A stretch of 64,000 nt of DNA, taken from NCBI RefSeq assembly GCF_006345805.1, contig NC_043026.1:12503579-12567578 (forward strand), read 5' to 3'. The notes beneath the pieces were generated by a model. That model saw nothing but the letters and a program-made list of their open reading frames with translations. It was not told where the DNA came from and searched no databases. The position numbers were made by a program, and so were the translations under genes. The DNA is from Octopus sinensis. Taxonomy: Eukaryota. Of the stretch, positions 60,854-64,000 are shown piece by piece. Each line of letters begins with the position of its first letter. Position 1 is the stretch's first letter.

Positions 60854-61831
60854 TTATTTTTCTGTATGAACACGTGCATGAGTAACTAGGTTACGTTTCA
60901 AAGTAAAAGATTTGCTACAGATATTGCAGTGGTATGGTTTCTCACCTGTATGAATACGTCTGTGGTTAATTAAGTTACTACATCTAGAGAAAGATTTACC
61001 ACAGATATCACAGTCATATGGCCTCTCACCTGTATGAATACGTATATGTTTACTTAGATTACTGCTTCCCGCGAAGGATTTACCACAAACGCTACAGTGA
61101 TATGGTTTCTCACCTGTATGGATACGTTTATGTGTACCTAAGTCACTACTTCCAGAGAACGATTTACCACAGGTGTCACAGTGATATGGCTTCTCTCCAG
61201 TATGGATACGTTTGTGTTTAGTTAAATGACTATGTCTAGAGAATGATTTACTACAGATATCACACTGATATGGCTTCTCACCTGAATGGATACGTTTGTG
61301 TGTACTTAAGTCACTATTTGCAGAGAACGATTTACCACAAGTATCACATTGATATGGCTTCTCACCTGTATGAACACGGATATGCTTACTCAGGTTACTA
61401 GTTCCTGAGAAGGATTTACCACAAACATCGCACTGATGTGCTTTCTCACCTGTATGAGTACGTTTATGTGTCGTTAAGTCACTACTTCCAGAGAACGATT
61501 TATCACAGGTGTCACAATGATACGGTTTCTCCCCTGTATGAATACGTTTATGTTTTGTTATGTGACTACTTCTAGAGAAAGATTTCCCACAGATATCACA
61601 CTGATACGGTTTCTCTCCTGTATGAATACGTTTGTGTACAGTCAAGCCACTACTTCCAGAGAAAGATTTACCACAGATATCACAGGGATAAGGCTTCTCT
61701 CCTGTATGGATACGTCGGTGTTTCACAAGGTCGCTTTTTCGAGAGACTGACTTTTCACAAATATCACATGCGTAAGATGATTTTCCGATCTCTTTTAACA
61801 TCTCACCTGTTAAAACCACTCCCTTTTCCAT
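60854..61831 (-). CDS. C2H2 zinc-finger protein, 11 fingers; paralog of the 13.2-kb gene
   Basis: ORF track start 62029 is GTG inside a SINE; ATGs at 61921 (SINE-derived), 61831 (MEKG) and 61801 (EMLKEI). Confidence 0.94.
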   Translation of the reverse strand: MEKGVVLTGEMLKEIGKSSYACDICEKSVSRKSDLVKHRRIHTGEKPYPCDICGKSFSGSSGLTVHKRIHTGEKPYQCDICGKSFSRSSHITKHKRIHTGEKPYHCDTCDKSFSGSSDLTTHKRTHTGEKAHQCDVCGKSFSGTSNLSKHIRVHTGEKPYQCDTCGKSFSANSDLSTHKRIHSGEKPYQCDICSKSFSRHSHLTKHKRIHTGEKPYHCDTCGKSFSGSSDLGTHKRIHTGEKPYHCSVCGKSFAGSSNLSKHIRIHTGERPYDCDICGKSFSRCSNLINHRRIHTGEKPYHCNICSKSFTLKRNLVTHARVHTEK

Positions 61832-61904
61832 TATTTGTTGTTTTTCACCAAAACATTTTTTTTTCTTGCCGTCTTTTGAATAGTCTATTTCATAGAAATA
61901 ATTA

Positions 61905-62137
61905 CCATCATCATTTAACATCCACAGAGTTTCACTAGGAGCTGGTATGTTGGAGAGCTGCTCTGGACTGAAGTCTGTTTTTGCTTGGTCTCTATGGTTG
62001 GATGTCCTTCTTAATGCTAACCTTCCCACAGTGTATTGAGTACCTTTTATAGGTCACCAACACTGGGCATGTCTATGATTTTTCTTGGATTGACGTGTCT
62101 TCTCAGGCACAGCAAATAGCCAAACATCTTGGTCATT
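61905..62137 (-). mobile_element. Diverged SINE-D-like insertion in the leader
   Basis: CATCATCATTTAACATCC...GGTTGGATGTCCTTCTTAATGCTAACC; absent from the paralogous leader at about 14480-14500. Confidence 0.7.
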
Positions 62138-62457
62138 ATTTCTACATTCCCAGGAACTGTGGTTGTTGCCAATATTTGAAGACGACGCAAATGAATTTGT
62201 AAAATTTCTGAACATAATTAATATAATTAATATACAAAAACTTTTTTGAACACATCCCAGGTATCGAAGCCAAGAAGCATTAATATTTATCTTAGTTTAG
62301 AGAAAATGTTTCACATTAATTTTCCCATTTATATAAACAGGATTATATTTAATCTTCCACATTTCACAGGACATTTTCCTTTGGTCTTTAAGACATGACG
62401 AATATTGACAATGGATCTGATGTAAATGGCTCTTTTATACCAATGTCACCTGGAGAT

Positions 62458-62490
62458 CTGAAAGAATAAAGAAACAGTATAAGATAAACC
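62458..62490 (-). promoter_or_regulatory. Putative 3' splice acceptor (exon begins at 62457)
   Basis: Reverse complement TATCTTATACTGTTTCTTTATTCTTTCAG. Confidence 0.7.
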
Positions 62491-62583
62491 TGGCATAATT
62501 TCGTTATATCTATACTCCACAACCCATGGAAGTGAAATGTCTCGACCTTGTTGAGCTATATCAAAGGAATGCCTTCTTTCTTA

Positions 62584-63554
62584 TTTCTTTATTACCCACA
62601 AGGGGCTATACACAGAGGGGACACACAAGGACAGACAAACAGATTAAGTCGATTACATCGACCCCAGTGCGTAACGGTTACTTATTTAATCGACCCCGAA
62701 AGGATGAAAGGCAAAGTCAACCTCGGCGGAATTTGAACTCAGAATGTAAGCTAAACGATATACCTATTTCTTTACTGCCCACAAGGGGCTAAACACAGAG
62801 GGGACAAACAAGGACAGACAAACGGATTAAGTCGATTATATCGACCCCCACTGCGTAACTGGTGCTTAATTTATCGACCCCGAAAGGATGAAAGGCAAAG
62901 TCGACCTCGGCCGAATTTGAACTCAGAACGTAGTGGCAGACGAAATACCTATTTCTTTACTACCCACAAGGGGCTAAACACAGAGGGGACACACAAGGAC
63001 AGACAAAGGGATTAAGTCGATTATATCGACCCCAGTGCGTAACTGGTACTTATTTAATCGACCCCGAAAGGATGAAAGGCAAAGTCGACCTCGGCGGAAT
63101 TTGAACTCAGAACGTAACAGCAGACGAAATACCTATTTCTTTACTACACACCAGGGGCTAAACACAGAGGGGACAAACAAGGACAGACATAGGTATTAAG
63201 TCGATTATATCGACCCCAGTGTGTAACTGGTACTTATTTAATCGACCCCGAAAGGATGAAAGGCAAAGTCAACCTCGGTGGAATTTGAACTCAGAACGTA
63301 ACGACAGACGAAATACCTATTTCTTTACTACCCACAAGGGGCTAAACACAGAGAGGACAAACAAGGACAGATAAACGAATTAAGTCGATTACATCGACCC
63401 CAGTGCGTAACTGGTATTTAATTTATTGATCTCGAAAGGATGAAAAGCAAAGTCAACCTAGGCGGAATTTGAACTCAGAACGTAACGGCAGATGAAATAC
63501 CGCTAAGCATTTCGCCCGGCGTGCTAACAATTCTGCTAGCTCGCAGCCTTTTTT
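62584..63554 (-). mobile_element. SINE-A: one head plus five tandem bodies (about 183 bp)
   Basis: Whole array bounded by the 16-bp TSD AATGCCTTCTTTCTTA (62568-62583, 63555-63570). Confidence 0.93.
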
Positions 63555-63739
63555 AATGCCTTCTTTCTTAATAACCTTCGACTGTCTCACTCATTAAAGA
63601 CGTTAACATAACATTTTTCATACAGATGAATTATTTAATTTCGTTTTGGGATTTGGTTTGCAAGATTCTTTATGTGAGTTCGTGTGTTGAAGCATATTCT
63701 GTTGTCTGGGAAGAATCCTTCTCTTTTAATGCCTTATAA

Positions 63740-64000
63740 GGCGATCTTTCGTCTCTAGTAGACCTTTCCGTCGATTTCCGTAAAAAAATATTTTTTTTTT
63801 ACATATGGGCTTGCGGGAACTTTTGAAGTAATATACATACATATACACATACACCGAGTAAAAAATTTCAGTTATCTCTCTCTTTCACACATTACCCTGT
63901 CTCTTCACACACACTAACAGAAGCACTTCACTTACACAACACACTGTCTGTCTCCCACACCCCATCAAACACACACACACACACACATGTACATCAATGC
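63740..64000. mobile_element. MITE family M2, truncated by the window end
   Basis: Left TIR and internal sequence match 43640-43900. Confidence 0.88.

Noticed and set aside
62584-63554. CRISPR-like appearance of regularly spaced repeats
   Set aside because: Units are about 183-bp SINE bodies with no unique spacers, in eukaryotic context with no cas genes.

Overview
Eukaryotic, AT-rich, extremely repeat-dense genomic DNA. It carries a tandem cluster of seven effector-domain-less (no KRAB/SCAN/ZAD/BTB visible) C2H2 zinc-finger genes spaced about 10 kb apart, in orientation -,-,+,+,-,+,-. The first gene runs off the left edge and is missing from the ORF track. Six of the seven genes appear to share one architecture: a short non-coding first exon, an intron ending in a conserved ...TATATCTTATACTGTTGTTTC..TTATTTCAG acceptor, and one large coding exon with a long TE-filled leader. 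The intergenic space holds at least five tRNA-head or RTE-tail SINE families, non-autonomous piggyBac-like (TTAA), Mutator-like (about 9-bp TSD) and Helitron-like (TC...CTAG) elements, fragments of Tx1/L1, CR1 and RTE LINEs, a U2 snRNA 5' fragment and long (TA/CA)n arrays. The gene family plus the SINE set is most consistent with an octopus (coleoid cephalopod) C2H2-ZNF cluster; this is inference from recalled families, not a database result. Most notable: a four-fold tandem cassette of branch point + 3' splice site + start codon in front of the 40.8-kb gene; a composite piggyBac-MITE multimer moving as a unit; single-head multi-body SINE arrays bounded by one TSD; a paralogous duplication with reciprocal filled/empty TE sites; decayed finger tails behind premature stops; a latent Alu-like cassette exon in an antisense SINE. 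Splice and promoter calls come from sequence motifs only, and many repeat boundaries are approximate.
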